Assembly (NCBI GenBank): GCA_017449065.1
Contig: JAFSKF010000055.1
Location: 4,301-68,300 of the forward strand
Length of the DNA: 64,000 bases
Direction of reading: 5' to 3'
Origin: Bacteroidales bacterium
Lineage (GTDB): Bacteria > Bacteroidota > Bacteroidia > Bacteroidales > UBA3663
The position numbers were made by a program, and so were the translations under genes. The notes below the pieces were generated by a model. It searched no databases. It was given only the letters and a program-made list of their open reading frames with translations, and was not told where the DNA came from. Shown piece after piece: positions 53,785-64,000 of this stretch (the stretch's first letter is position 1; each line of letters starts with the position of its first letter).

Positions 53785-56700
53785 ATGTTATACGTTTATA
53801 AAGCTTCTGCCGGATCGGGAAAGACTCATCTGCTGACCGGCTTTTATATCGAACTGCTGTTCCGCCGCGAGCTGACTCCTTCCCTGTCGGAAACCGACGG
53901 AGAGAATCGCGATATGCGCTTCAGCGAGATATTGGCTGTCACTTTCACCAACAAAGCGACGGCAGAAATGAAGCAACGTATCATCGACGAGATCTTCCTG
54001 CTTTCCACCCATCCGGCATCGTCACAATACTATCACCTTCTGACAGTTCCCGACCCAAAAGGACACGTTCCAACAGAGGAAGAGCTTCGCAAACGAGCTC
54101 AGGAGATTCTGAAAGGCATGCTAACCGATTACACGAGCGTGCATATCTCTACCATCGATTCATTCTTTCAGCAAGTGCTGCGCAGTTTCTCACACGAAAT
54201 GAACCTGCAAGGCAATTACGAAGTGGAGCTGGATGCCAATGCGGTGCTGGATCATGCTGTCTCGGAGTTCCTGCTGCAACTCGACCCCAAAAGCGACAAG
54301 GAAACCTTCTCTTGGTTGCTGGAATTTGCCAACAACCGGCTGAAAGAAGGCACAGGCTGGAATGTGCATCAGGAACTGTACAAACTGTCGAAACAGCTGG
54401 TTTCGGAAGCCTACCGGAAGTATGCCGAACAAATTCAGGCGTTCACCGACGATAAGCAACAGATGCGTGAATACATGCAGATGCTGAAAGAGATCGTCAA
54501 GACGTGGAGGAACGAACTGAAGCAACTGGGCAACGAAGGTCTGCAACTCCTGGACGCCATGCAGGTGCGAGCCGATGAGTTTGCGAACGGCGGCAAGGGT
54601 GCCACAGCCTACTTTGCCAAATATGCCTCCGGGGAAAGCGAAGAACTGAAGAACACACTCGTCAAATGGAGCGAAAATCCTGAGGCCTGGTTCCGGAAAA
54701 ACGACCCGCATCATTCTCTGCTCTCGCAAAGCCAGAAAGACGAACTCCTCTCGCTCATGCAACGGCTGGTGCAGCACCTCTCTCCTGCCGGTATGTGTCA
54801 CTACCTGTCCGCACGGTTCATCAGCAAGAACTTCTATCAGTTAGGACTCCTAAGCAAACTGAGGGAATCGGCCGACCGCTATTGCAAGGAACAAGGCATC
54901 AAACTCTTGAGCGACACTACACAGCTGCTGAATGAGCTGGTGATGGAACAGGATTCGCCCTTCATCTATGAAAAGACTGGCAATCGCATCCTGTCGTATA
55001 TGATTGATGAGTTCCAGGATACTTCGGGCGTACAGTGGAACAACTTCCAGCCGTTGCTCACCAATTCACTTGGCACTAATTGCCGGAACCTGATTGTGGG
55101 CGATGTGAAGCAAAGCATCTACAGGTGGCGAGGAAGCGACTGGGAACTGCTGGATTCCGTACTGCCTCGCTTCAAGCCGGAACTGCAAGCCAAAGACAAA
55201 AACAACAACGAACTACGCGACAACTGGCGTTCGGACAAACGCATCATCGCCTTCAATAATGCCTTCTTCACCCAAGCCAGTCGGATATTGTCGGCATTAG
55301 ATCCGGAGAATCCCGCCATGCAGAAGATTGCCCGCATTTACGGTGATGTCGAACAGACCATCTCTCCCGAACGGGAAAAGAAACAGCCTGTGGAGGACGG
55401 TCTGCTGCACTACGAACAGATTATTCCCGAAGAAGAGGAAACTTATCGGACAGCCGTTCAGCGCCGGTTGCCCGAACTGGTGATTGCCTTACAGCAAAGA
55501 GGATTCCAGCCCCGACAGATTCTGATTCTCTGCCGCAAGGGCGACCAATGCAAAGCCTGTGCCGAAGCGTTGCTATCCTACAAGAAACTGCATCCCGACA
55601 CTCCTTATGGTTTCGAGATTATCACCAGCGAGGCTTTGAAACTGAGTTCCCGACAGGTGATTCGTGCCTTAATCGCTTTCCTGCAATATATCCGCGAACC
55701 GAAATCGGAATATCGGAAAGCGCTGGCCGGATGCCATTATCTGGCGCTGGAAGGACGTCCCATGCAAGAGGCCATCAACGCCTGGTTCAGTGGCATTAAA
55801 ACGCCCTACGATGTACTGGAAGCACAGAACTTACCGCTCTACGAAATGGTGGAGCAGCTGATTTGCCACTTGCCCGTCGATGCACGGCAGGAAGCCGGCT
55901 ATTTGCAGGCCTTCCGCGACAACGTGCTGGAGTTCTGCGCCAAGCAAGGGCCGTCGTTGGATGCCTTCCTGCGCTGGTGGGACGAAAAAAGCGACCGGCT
56001 GAGCATCACCACACCTTCCGGACAGAACGCCATCCGTATCATGACCATCCACCAGTCGAAAGGACTGGGCGAAGATGCTGTCATCGTACCGTTTGCACAA
56101 GGCTCGATGGACATCGACACCTCGCATGGAGAACTGCTTTGGTGTTCGCCAAAAGTGGCGCCGTTCAATCGTCCCGGGCTGATGCTCCCCATCGCCCTCG
56201 ATCCCAAACTGAGCAACACCATCTTTGCCGACGATTTTGCCGAAGAGCGGTTGCGTGCCATCATCGATAATCTGAACACGGTGTATGTGGCTTTTACCCG
56301 AGCCAAACATGCTCTCTGCATCCTCTCTCCCAAGCCAGCCGAGAAAGCAACCAAAGTGACACAAGAAGGTTTACTTGCCGATTACTTCGGTGGCGACCAG
56401 TTGGAACTTGAAACGCAGGAAGAGAAGATTCCTGACACTCAACCGGCAGCGGCAGGCACACTCGAAGCCTCCCATCCGTTGGACTTATTCTCATTCGCAG
56501 AACAGAAGCCGAACAATCATCCGAAAATCAAGGTGTCGAACGATCCGCAGACGGAGGCTATCGCTAAGGGCAACACCTTGCACGATGCCCTATCGGCCAT
56601 ACACGACTGTAACGATATCGACGCACCCGTACGCCGTCTGTTTGCTTCGGGTCGCGCTGAAGCGGAAGGCATGTCAGTCGATGAGATTGTGCAGCACATT

Positions 56701-56991
56701 CACCGGCTTCTCGAAACACCGCAGGTGACCGGCTGGTTCGCTCCCGAAAACAAAGTATTGAACGAACGGAACATCATTACCTATACTACGCATACGCAAA
56801 GACCCGACCGTATGGTATTCACACCAGCAGGTCAGGTCATCATCATTGACTATAAAACAGGAGAAGAAATCCCGAGCAAACACCAACGGCAGGTAAGCTA
56901 CTACAAGCAACTGATGCTGCAAATGGGATTCAAAGACGTGTCGGCCTATTTATGGTATCTGGAAACAAACAAGATTGTTCCCGTTCATTGA
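53785..56991 (+). CDS. UvrD/AddA-like helicase with C-terminal PD-(D/E)XK nuclease domain
   Basis: 1068 aa. Walker A is ASAGSGKTH, the helicase motif is IDEFQDTS, and the C-terminal nuclease motif is ..PDRM..IIIDYKTG... Confidence 0.8.
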   Translation: MLYVYKASAGSGKTHLLTGFYIELLFRRELTPSLSETDGENRDMRFSEILAVTFTNKATAEMKQRIIDEIFLLSTHPASSQYYHLLTVPDPKGHVPTEEELRKRAQEILKGMLTDYTSVHISTIDSFFQQVLRSFSHEMNLQGNYEVELDANAVLDHAVSEFLLQLDPKSDKETFSWLLEFANNRLKEGTGWNVHQELYKLSKQLVSEAYRKYAEQIQAFTDDKQQMREYMQMLKEIVKTWRNELKQLGNEGLQLLDAMQVRADEFANGGKGATAYFAKYASGESEELKNTLVKWSENPEAWFRKNDPHHSLLSQSQKDELLSLMQRLVQHLSPAGMCHYLSARFISKNFYQLGLLSKLRESADRYCKEQGIKLLSDTTQLLNELVMEQDSPFIYEKTGNRILSYMIDEFQDTSGVQWNNFQPLLTNSLGTNCRNLIVGDVKQSIYRWRGSDWELLDSVLPRFKPELQAKDKNNNELRDNWRSDKRIIAFNNAFFTQASRILSALDPENPAMQKIARIYGDVEQTISPEREKKQPVEDGLLHYEQIIPEEEETYRTAVQRRLPELVIALQQRGFQPRQILILCRKGDQCKACAEALLSYKKLHPDTPYGFEIITSEALKLSSRQVIRALIAFLQYIREPKSEYRKALAGCHYLALEGRPMQEAINAWFSGIKTPYDVLEAQNLPLYEMVEQLICHLPVDARQEAGYLQAFRDNVLEFCAKQGPSLDAFLRWWDEKSDRLSITTPSGQNAIRIMTIHQSKGLGEDAVIVPFAQGSMDIDTSHGELLWCSPKVAPFNRPGLMLPIALDPKLSNTIFADDFAEERLRAIIDNLNTVYVAFTRAKHALCILSPKPAEKATKVTQEGLLADYFGGDQLELETQEEKIPDTQPAAAGTLEASHPLDLFSFAEQKPNNHPKIKVSNDPQTEAIAKGNTLHDALSAIHDCNDIDAPVRRLFASGRAEAEGMSVDEIVQHIHRLLETPQVTGWFAPENKVLNERNIITYTTHTQRPDRMVFTPAGQVIIIDYKTGEEIPSKHQRQVSYYKQLMLQMGFKDVSAYLWYLETNKIVPVH

Positions 56992-57017
56992 TTCTATTGC
57001 CTCAACAGTCCGACAGA

Positions 57018-58175
57018 TCAGAGCAAGCCCTTCGAACTGGGCAACTCGAAATGATGGATATCGCGATTCACAGCCATCTTCAGCGAACGGGCCAAAGCTT
57101 TGAAGATTCCTTCAATCTTATGGTGCTCGTTTTCGCCCTCAGCCTTGATGTTCAAGTTGATTTTTGCCGCATCGCTGAACGACTTGAAGAAATGCAGGAA
57201 CATCTCGGTCGGCATATCGCCCACTTTCTCACGATGGAACTCCGCATCCCATACCAGCCACGGACGACCGGAAAAGTCTAAGGCCACCTGACACAGACAA
57301 TCATCCATAGGAAGGCAGAAGCCATAGCGGCCGATGCCTCTTTTATTGCCCAAAGCCTTGGCAATACATTCGCCTAAAGCGATACCGGTATCTTCGATGG
57401 TATGATGCTCATCCACGTTCAGATCGCCCTTTACATGAATCGTCAGGTCGATGCCGCTGTGCTTGCCTATCTGCTCCAGCATGTGGTCGAAGAACCCCAA
57501 TCCGGTAGATATGTCCGTACGTCCGGAGCCGTCTAAGTCGATGGCGATATGAATGTCCGTTTCCTTGGTGATTCGCGTCACCTCCGCCTTACGTTCGCCG
57601 GCAAACAGGAAGGCTGCCACTTCATCCCAATGATCGGCAATCAGCGCACAATCATCCAACAGGTTCGTTTCCTGCAGCCACTCCCGACATTCATCCACAG
57701 AACCGTTCTGCGCCAACAGAATGCCTTTACAGCCCAAATTATGCGCCAGCTGAATATCCGTCACACGGTCACCGATCACAAAGCTATTCGCCAGGTCGTA
57801 GGTAGTTCCGTTACCCTCGATGAACTTGGTAAGCATTCCCGTTCCGGGTTTTCGGTTGGGATGGAACTCGTCCGAACGATGCGGATCAAAGAAAATGTCA
57901 TCGAAATCTACCCCTTCCGAATGGAATACGCGAAGCATCAGATCGTTAATGGCATTGAAACGCTCCAACGGATACTCCTCGCTGCCCAAACCGTCCTGAT
58001 TCGAAACGATAACGAAATCGTAGTCGAGCTTATGACGGATAAAAGACAGATTCTGAATCACACGCGGCAGGAAGTCAAGCTGTTCGAAACTATCGACCTG
58101 CTCCGTAATGGGCGGCTCAACAATTAGAGTCCCGTCGCGATCGATGAAAAGACATTTCTTCAAAGTATTTTCCAT
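57018..58175 (-). CDS. hisB: Bifunctional histidinol-phosphatase / imidazoleglycerol-phosphate dehydratase
   Basis: 385 aa. The N-terminal half has the HAD motif FIDRDGT. The C-terminal half is an IGPD domain (..HH..E.. repeats). Confidence 0.95.
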   Translation of the reverse strand: MENTLKKCLFIDRDGTLIVEPPITEQVDSFEQLDFLPRVIQNLSFIRHKLDYDFVIVSNQDGLGSEEYPLERFNAINDLMLRVFHSEGVDFDDIFFDPHRSDEFHPNRKPGTGMLTKFIEGNGTTYDLANSFVIGDRVTDIQLAHNLGCKGILLAQNGSVDECREWLQETNLLDDCALIADHWDEVAAFLFAGERKAEVTRITKETDIHIAIDLDGSGRTDISTGLGFFDHMLEQIGKHSGIDLTIHVKGDLNVDEHHTIEDTGIALGECIAKALGNKRGIGRYGFCLPMDDCLCQVALDFSGRPWLVWDAEFHREKVGDMPTEMFLHFFKSFSDAAKINLNIKAEGENEHHKIEGIFKALARSLKMAVNRDIHHFELPSSKGLL

Positions 58176-58178
58176 AGG

Positions 58179-59213
58179 TCAAAACTCTTTCAAAGCATTA
58201 TAAATCGTAACATTCTCGACAGGCGTACCCACAGTGATGCGCAAACAGTTGAAACAAAGTTGCACCTTATGACGACTGCGGGTGATGATGCCCTGACCGG
58301 CCAGATAGTTGTAGATGGCAGGAGCATCGCTTACCTTTACGAGCAGGAAATTGGCGTCCGAAGGATAAATTTTCTCCACACAGGGAAGCGTCAGCAACAG
58401 TTCGCGGAGAATGTCCCGCTGTTCCAGAATCTCTGCCACCTGCCGATTCTTCTTCTCAACATTGCCCAAAACCTTCACGGCCTCCTGCTGTGTGAGTTCA
58501 TTCACGTTGTAAGGATACTTCACATTGTTGAAATATCCGATAATTTCTTCCGAAGCCATAGCAATACCCAAACGCATGGCAGCATGACCCCAAGCCTTCG
58601 AGAATGTCTGCAACACGATGAGATTCGGATAGCGGTCTAACTTCGAAACCATCGACGGCACACTCGAAAAATCTATGTAAGCCTCATCCACCACAACAAT
58701 CTGCTGGCAGAAACGAGTCAGGAAGTTTTCAATTTCTTCTTCGTTGTAGGCATTGCCGGAAGGATTGTTTGGCGAACAGAGCCAGATTACTTTCGTATAG
58801 TCATCAACCTGTGCTGCCATTGCCTCGACATCGAGCGCGAAGGTTGCGTCTTGCAGTGGCACCGCACGATACTCGACATCGTTGATTTCTGCACAAACCT
58901 GATACATGCCATACGTAGGCACCGGAGCCACCACATTGTCGATACCCGGACGACAGAACACCCGATACACCAGATCGATGGCTTCGTCCGAGCCGTTGCC
59001 CAGAAAAATCTGTTCAGGTCGGACACCTTTGATGGGTGCCAATAGTTCCTTCACCTTCCACTGACGCGGATCCGGATAGCGGTTCAATCCGTTGTTATAG
59101 GGGTTTTCGTTGGCATCAACATATACGCTTGCTTCGCCTTTGAATTCATCGCGGGCACAGCTGTAGGGAGCCAAAGCCAGTATATTGGGACGTATCAATC
59201 GGGTTAAATCCAT
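58179..59213 (-). CDS. hisC: Histidinol-phosphate aminotransferase
   Basis: 344 aa with NENP, the PLP-lysine context TFSKAWG, and operon context. Confidence 0.93.
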   Translation of the reverse strand: MDLTRLIRPNILALAPYSCARDEFKGEASVYVDANENPYNNGLNRYPDPRQWKVKELLAPIKGVRPEQIFLGNGSDEAIDLVYRVFCRPGIDNVVAPVPTYGMYQVCAEINDVEYRAVPLQDATFALDVEAMAAQVDDYTKVIWLCSPNNPSGNAYNEEEIENFLTRFCQQIVVVDEAYIDFSSVPSMVSKLDRYPNLIVLQTFSKAWGHAAMRLGIAMASEEIIGYFNNVKYPYNVNELTQQEAVKVLGNVEKKNRQVAEILEQRDILRELLLTLPCVEKIYPSDANFLLVKVSDAPAIYNYLAGQGIITRSRHKVQLCFNCLRITVGTPVENVTIYNALKEF

Positions 59214-59234
59214 AGTTCTTTTCGGTTAGGATAT

Positions 59235-60515
59235 TTACAGATTCTTCAAACGGACCGTTACGGCATTCTTGTGAGCATCGAGCTGTTCGGCCTGCGCCAT
59301 TTCCTCGATGACGGGTCCTAAAGAGCGAAGGCCTGCTGCTGTCAGTTCCTGGAAAGTAATCTTCCGCATATAACTGTCGAGATTCACCCCATTATATGCC
59401 TTTGCATATCCGTTTGTCGGCAAGGTATGATTGGTTCCGGAAGCATAATCGCCGGCACTTTCCGGGCTATAAGGCCCCAGGAAGACTGATCCTGCATTAC
59501 GTACTTGCTCTGCCAGATTCAAGTAGTTCCGCGTATTCAGGATCAGGTGTTCAGGAGCATATTCGTTCACCAGTTCCATCACCTCATCCTGTGTGTGCAA
59601 GACGATGACTTTCGAATGCTCGAGCGATTTCCGGGTCAGTTCCTGACGATGCAGTTTTTCCAACTGTTCCGCCATCACCTGCTCGAAGCGCTTTGCCAGA
59701 TCCTCGCTATCTGTAATCAGGATGGCCTGACTGTCAGCACCATGCTCCGCCTGGCTCAAGAAGTCTGATGCGACGTATGCAGGATTGGCCTCAGCATCAG
59801 CCACCACACAAACCTCCGATGGACCTGCCGGCATATCGATAGCGACATCGCGCAAAGACACAAGTTGCTTTGCCATCTGCACGAACTGGTTGCCAGGACC
59901 GAAAATCTTATAAACCTTCGGTACCGATTCCGAACCGTAGGCCATCGCACCGATAGCCTGCACCCCTCCCACTTTATACACTTTGGTGACGCCAGCCACC
60001 GTAGCGGCATAAAGGATAGCGGGATTGACCTTACCTTGCGCATTGGGCGGAGTACAGAGAACAATCTCTCCACAACCTGCAATCTTGGCAGGAATCGCCA
60101 GCATCAGCACGGTGCTGAACAAAGGCGCTGTTCCTCCAGGCACATACAGACCTACACGGTCGATGGGCACACTTTTCTGCCAGCAGACAACCCCAGGCTG
60201 CGTCTCAACCTTCACGCCCGAAAACGACTGGGCGGAATGAAAGCGGGAAATATTCCGGCTGGCATTGTCGATGGCATTGGCCAATTCGGCATCGATTTCC
60301 TTTCGAGCTTCCTCAAACTCAGCCTCCGAAACCTGCAAATCCTGCAACTCGCAATGATCGAACTTAGCTTCCAGTTCTTTCAACACCCGATCACCGCCTT
60401 CACGAATCTGTTGTAGAAGACCGCTGACTAAATCTCGCAACTGGCTATTATCAAAAGTGGGGCGTTTTACAATTTCACCCCACTCGCTTTTGTCAGGAAA
60501 TAAATATGTTGTCAT
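59235..60515 (-). CDS. hisD: Histidinol dehydrogenase
   Basis: 426 aa with typical HisD blocks (..GPGN.FV..AK.., SQAEHG..). Confidence 0.95.
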   Translation of the reverse strand: MTTYLFPDKSEWGEIVKRPTFDNSQLRDLVSGLLQQIREGGDRVLKELEAKFDHCELQDLQVSEAEFEEARKEIDAELANAIDNASRNISRFHSAQSFSGVKVETQPGVVCWQKSVPIDRVGLYVPGGTAPLFSTVLMLAIPAKIAGCGEIVLCTPPNAQGKVNPAILYAATVAGVTKVYKVGGVQAIGAMAYGSESVPKVYKIFGPGNQFVQMAKQLVSLRDVAIDMPAGPSEVCVVADAEANPAYVASDFLSQAEHGADSQAILITDSEDLAKRFEQVMAEQLEKLHRQELTRKSLEHSKVIVLHTQDEVMELVNEYAPEHLILNTRNYLNLAEQVRNAGSVFLGPYSPESAGDYASGTNHTLPTNGYAKAYNGVNLDSYMRKITFQELTAAGLRSLGPVIEEMAQAEQLDAHKNAVTVRLKNL

Positions 60516-60520
60516 CGTAG

Positions 60521-61372
60521 TTACAGTACCATCTTTTCGATGTTCAGGGCCAGAATACCCTCAGCACCGGCTGCCTTCAACTTGCCTACCAACTCCCAGA
60601 AAGTCTTTTCCTTGATTACGGTGTGGATGGAATGCCAGCCTTGGGATGCCAAAGGAATCACCGTCGGAGCCTTGGTGGCAGGCAACAGCGCCAGAACAGC
60701 TTCAATCGAAGCATCAGGCACATTCATCATCACGTATTTCTTGTCCTCTGCAGAACGGACTGCATCAAAACGGAACAGCAGTTCCTCCAGAATCTCCTGT
60801 TTTTCTGCGGACAAACTGTTGTTGGCAATCAACACGGCTTCGCTTTCAACCACAACCTCCACTTCCTTCAAACGGTTGCTCACCAAAGTAGATCCGCTGG
60901 AAACAATATCGAAGATGGCGTCACCAAGTCCGATATTCGGAGAAATCTCCACCGATCCGGTAATCACATGGATATCAGCTTTGATGTTGTTCTTGTCCAA
61001 CCATTCGCGCAAAATACCCGGATAACTGGTGGCAATCTTCTTGCCGTTGAACCACTCGATGCCAGGATATTCAATCAACTGCGGAATAGCCAGAGAAAGG
61101 CGGCATTTCGAGAAGCCCAGATTCTTCACGATTCGGGCATCTTTGTTCCGCTCCTTAAATTCGTTCAAACCGACGATACCGATATCGGCAACACCATTGG
61201 CGACGCATTCCGGAATATCGTCATCGCGCAAGTAAAGCACCTCCAAGGGGAAGTTGCTTGATGGGATAAGCAGAGTACGCTTGGCGTTACTCAATTTGAC
61301 TCCGGACTCTTTCAGCAAGTCCATGCAATCGTCGAACAGACGACCTTTACTTTGAATGGCAATACGCAACAT
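60521..61372 (-). CDS. hisG: ATP phosphoribosyltransferase (long form)
   Basis: 283 aa starting MLRIAIQSKGRL. It is the first gene of hisGDCB. Confidence 0.95.
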   Translation of the reverse strand: MLRIAIQSKGRLFDDCMDLLKESGVKLSNAKRTLLIPSSNFPLEVLYLRDDDIPECVANGVADIGIVGLNEFKERNKDARIVKNLGFSKCRLSLAIPQLIEYPGIEWFNGKKIATSYPGILREWLDKNNIKADIHVITGSVEISPNIGLGDAIFDIVSSGSTLVSNRLKEVEVVVESEAVLIANNSLSAEKQEILEELLFRFDAVRSAEDKKYVMMNVPDASIEAVLALLPATKAPTVIPLASQGWHSIHTVIKEKTFWELVGKLKAAGAEGILALNIEKMVL

Positions 61373-61413
61373 TTTAGTTGTAGCTGTTGTTTAGATATAT
61401 ATTCTATTTTCAA

Positions 61414-62937
61414 TTAAAAGCCCTTAGGCATCTTCATCGGTTTCTCCATGCCCTGAATGATGAGGGTACACAGATTGAACTTTGCTTGGCTCTCTGCTTC
61501 ACGAGGAGTAAATTTGAGTGCCTTATAATAGTTTTCACGTGCCACGATATAGTGATTCATTACCTCCTTGGTCTTCTTTTTCTTCGAATCCAAGTATTTT
61601 TTATAGGCAATTGCGAAGTGAGTATTGCCAATATACTTGTAACAGTAGGTCAAATTACTATTATGACGCTTTTCATCATGTTCCGTATCTTTCAGCACCA
61701 TATTCAATACTCGCGTGTTGTATTCAAGAGCCTTTTCAAGGTTACCCTGCTGGTAATACACAGAAGCGATGTTGAAGTTCAGGTTTTCATAAGCCTCCAA
61801 GTTCTTGCCAGGAGCCATTGTCTCCATCTTATTAAGTCTCTCTTCAGCCTGACGGAAATATTGGTGTGCTTCCACATGATTTCCGGCAAAATAGGCTGAC
61901 AATCCACGCAAACGTAAAGTGTTGAACATAAATTCCGTCTGCTGACTCTCGTTGCTTTCGAACAGCCATGCTGCCGTAGCATCCACTTCCCGATAAATGC
62001 TATCCGCCAAAAGATACTGACTCAAGTCGGCACAGAGTGGAGCCATATTGTAAAGAGAGCGGATACGCTCGGTAAAGTGCACGTTAGGCGACTGGCTTCC
62101 AAGGTACTCAAAGAGTTCGTAGCTCTTACGCAAATGAAATATTCCCTCCGGCTTTTCGGACAATTTGTACTGGATACGTCCCATCGTCAGGTGCAACCGG
62201 GCACGTTGGATGGCATCAAAATAAGGATCATTCTTGACTGTGGCTAAGCTATCATAGAGAATGACAGCACGGGTTCCCCAACGCAAAGCATCGTTCGGGC
62301 GGCTTCTGCGCAAAGCATTCGTAGCATGCAACGCCATCAGTTCAGTATAGGCACGTCTGTCCGAACCTAACCGGTCCTGGTAAGCATTCATATAGGCATC
62401 AGCCAGATTGCCCTGATGCAAATCAGATGCCAAGTTAACCAGCATGAACAAAGGACCAATACTGGTAGAATCGACCTTCACAACCTGCTGCATGATGTTC
62501 AGACCCAACGCTGTGTTCGAACGATCGCCTGAAAGTTCCAAAAGAATCACGTATCTCTCTAAGCTTCCATAAACGGGTTCTCCGTTCGAATAGCGTTTTA
62601 GCAGGTTCTGTTCCTGATATTTCTGAATAGCATTCTCAAAATTTCCTTCCTTAATCAGGTTAATCGCATTCTGCTCCCAATCAGGAACATTCTTATAATT
62701 CTGGTTGGCAAAGAAATCGACATAAGTCTGGACGGCATTCAAGCGTGCATATAACTGTTGTCCTTCCAGATTTCGGGTCTTGACATAATAAGTCTTAGTT
62801 CCTTCTGCAAAAGACGCATACTGGGAGCGTATGGTTTCAATAGAGATAACATGAGAGGTTCCTCCCACAAACTCCTGAGCCGTAAGGGTTCCGGCAGCCA
62901 CTATCATGGCACTGATAATTAAAAATAATTTTTTCAT
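61414..62937 (-). CDS. Secreted TPR-repeat protein
   Basis: 507 aa with a signal peptide and repeated A/Y/L helical-pair pattern. No catalytic motif is recognisable. Confidence 0.65.
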   Translation of the reverse strand: MKKLFLIISAMIVAAGTLTAQEFVGGTSHVISIETIRSQYASFAEGTKTYYVKTRNLEGQQLYARLNAVQTYVDFFANQNYKNVPDWEQNAINLIKEGNFENAIQKYQEQNLLKRYSNGEPVYGSLERYVILLELSGDRSNTALGLNIMQQVVKVDSTSIGPLFMLVNLASDLHQGNLADAYMNAYQDRLGSDRRAYTELMALHATNALRRSRPNDALRWGTRAVILYDSLATVKNDPYFDAIQRARLHLTMGRIQYKLSEKPEGIFHLRKSYELFEYLGSQSPNVHFTERIRSLYNMAPLCADLSQYLLADSIYREVDATAAWLFESNESQQTEFMFNTLRLRGLSAYFAGNHVEAHQYFRQAEERLNKMETMAPGKNLEAYENLNFNIASVYYQQGNLEKALEYNTRVLNMVLKDTEHDEKRHNSNLTYCYKYIGNTHFAIAYKKYLDSKKKKTKEVMNHYIVARENYYKALKFTPREAESQAKFNLCTLIIQGMEKPMKMPKGF

Positions 62938-63124
62938 TACTTGTGAATTTTATTACACTCGTACCTTAATAATTTATAATTAGCGCACAAAGATAAATAT
63001 TTTCTTTTGAAAAATGCACACGATTGTGCACAAAAATCATTTTTTTTATCATTTTTTACCTAAAAACACTAAATTATTAACGAAAACATTTCAAAAAACG
63101 GCAAAAAAAGCGTACCTTTGCCTC

Positions 63125-63991
63125 ATGAATAAAGCGAAATATACCCAACGGGCGAAACATAGCGATGAGGTTCATCTCAGCTTTACCGACAAGGTGAAAG
63201 CCAAAAAGAATCTGGGGCAGCACTTTCTTACCGACCTGTCGGTGGCAGAACGCATTGCCGACACCTTGCAGGATTTTCACGATCTGCCTTGTCTGGAAGT
63301 CGGACCCGGCATGGGGGTACTCACGCAATTCCTGATTGACAAGAAATATAACCTCAAGGTGGTGGAACTGGACGGCGAGTCGGTTTCCTATCTCCGCCTC
63401 CACTACCCTGCCACACTCGAACATCGCATTATTGAGGCAGACTTTCTAAAGCTCGACCTGAGCAGCCCGGAAGTGTTTGGCGATCAGCCTTTCTGCCTGA
63501 TTGGCAATTACCCGTACAATATCTCCAGCCAGATTTTCTTCAAGGTCATCGACTATCGCGATCAGATTCCCTGTTGCAGCGGCATGATTCAGAAAGAGGT
63601 GGCGGAACGCATGGCGGCCCAACCCGGATCGAAGGCCTACGGCATCCTGTCGGTACTGGTGCAGGTCTGGTATGACATCGAGTATTGCTTCACGGTTGGC
63701 AATCATGTTTTCAACCCGCCCCCGAAGGTGCAGAGTGCTGTGATACGGATGGTGCGCAACAACACGCGCCAATTGCCTTGTCAGGAAAAAGACCTGCGCA
63801 CAGTGGTGAAAAACGCCTTCGGTATGCGTCGTAAAACCTTACGTAACTGCCTGCGCCAGCTCGTTACAGAATGGTGCCCGTCGCAAGCTGCCGGGATTTT
63901 GTCCGAACCCTTCTTCGACAAGCGCGCTGAACAAGTTTCCGTACAGGAGTTCATCGATTTGACCGTCCGTCTGAAAGGATTACAAGCATGA
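63125..63991 (+). CDS. rsmA: 16S rRNA (adenine1518/1519-N6)-dimethyltransferase
   Basis: Motifs LGQHFL, EVGPGMG and GNYPYNISS. The ORF-track start at 63014 is unlikely. The ATG at 63125 sits 5 nt after the -7 box (63113-63120). The GTG at 63194 would give the typical MKAKKNLGQHFL N-terminus. Confidence 0.9.
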   Translation: MNKAKYTQRAKHSDEVHLSFTDKVKAKKNLGQHFLTDLSVAERIADTLQDFHDLPCLEVGPGMGVLTQFLIDKKYNLKVVELDGESVSYLRLHYPATLEHRIIEADFLKLDLSSPEVFGDQPFCLIGNYPYNISSQIFFKVIDYRDQIPCCSGMIQKEVAERMAAQPGSKAYGILSVLVQVWYDIEYCFTVGNHVFNPPPKVQSAVIRMVRNNTRQLPCQEKDLRTVVKNAFGMRRKTLRNCLRQLVTEWCPSQAAGILSEPFFDKRAEQVSVQEFIDLTVRLKGLQA

Positions 63992-64000
63992 TCGACCAAC

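Overview
This is a Bacteroidales-type chromosome segment. I infer that from repeated TTTG-N19-21-TAnnTTTG promoters, a hybrid two-component regulator, BACON-like domains and many lipoproteins. All calls come from reading the sequence and ORF translations, and small-feature coordinates were counted by hand, so they may be off by 1-3 nt.

Most of the window is housekeeping. It holds the recA 5' end, def, ruvX, a CPBP protease, a TonB-dependent receptor and an HTCS regulator. It also holds gltB-gltD-asnB-pyrG, a DUF853 ATPase, a COG0523 metallochaperone, a cyclophilin, nrnA and glmM. The right side holds a 5'-nucleotidase, an AddA-like helicase-nuclease, hisGDCB and rsmA. There are four tRNAs: Thr-CGT, Leu-CAG, Arg-TCT and Glu-CTC.

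The unusual part is a visibly AT-richer block from about 28.1 to 41.9 kb.
- It begins inside an intact MmeI-like Type IIL restriction-modification gene (26659-29589).
- It contains a tightly packed seven-gene minus-strand operon (40439 to 29764). Every product is secreted or lipidated, and I cannot assign the operon to any described system.
- The products include a 1035-aa protein with one CarboxypepD_reg-like, two BACON-like and seven Fn3-like modules, and a lipoprotein with nine exact 21-aa acidic repeats.
- They also include two paralogous FGE-fold lipoproteins that lack the catalytic cysteine pair, two small LPP20-like proteins and a transglutaminase-fold protein.
- The operon is bracketed by the 3' end of the RM gene and a degenerate second copy of that 3' end 11.3 kb downstream.
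- Its leader carries homopolymer tracts and a 49-codon upstream ORF.

Other leads are two or three promoter/terminator-bounded sRNA candidates, a perfect 15-bp inverted repeat over the COG0523 promoter that may be a Zur-type operator, and a cluster of GTTATAA palindromes upstream of the RM gene. I saw no integrase, transposase, CRISPR array or rRNA.
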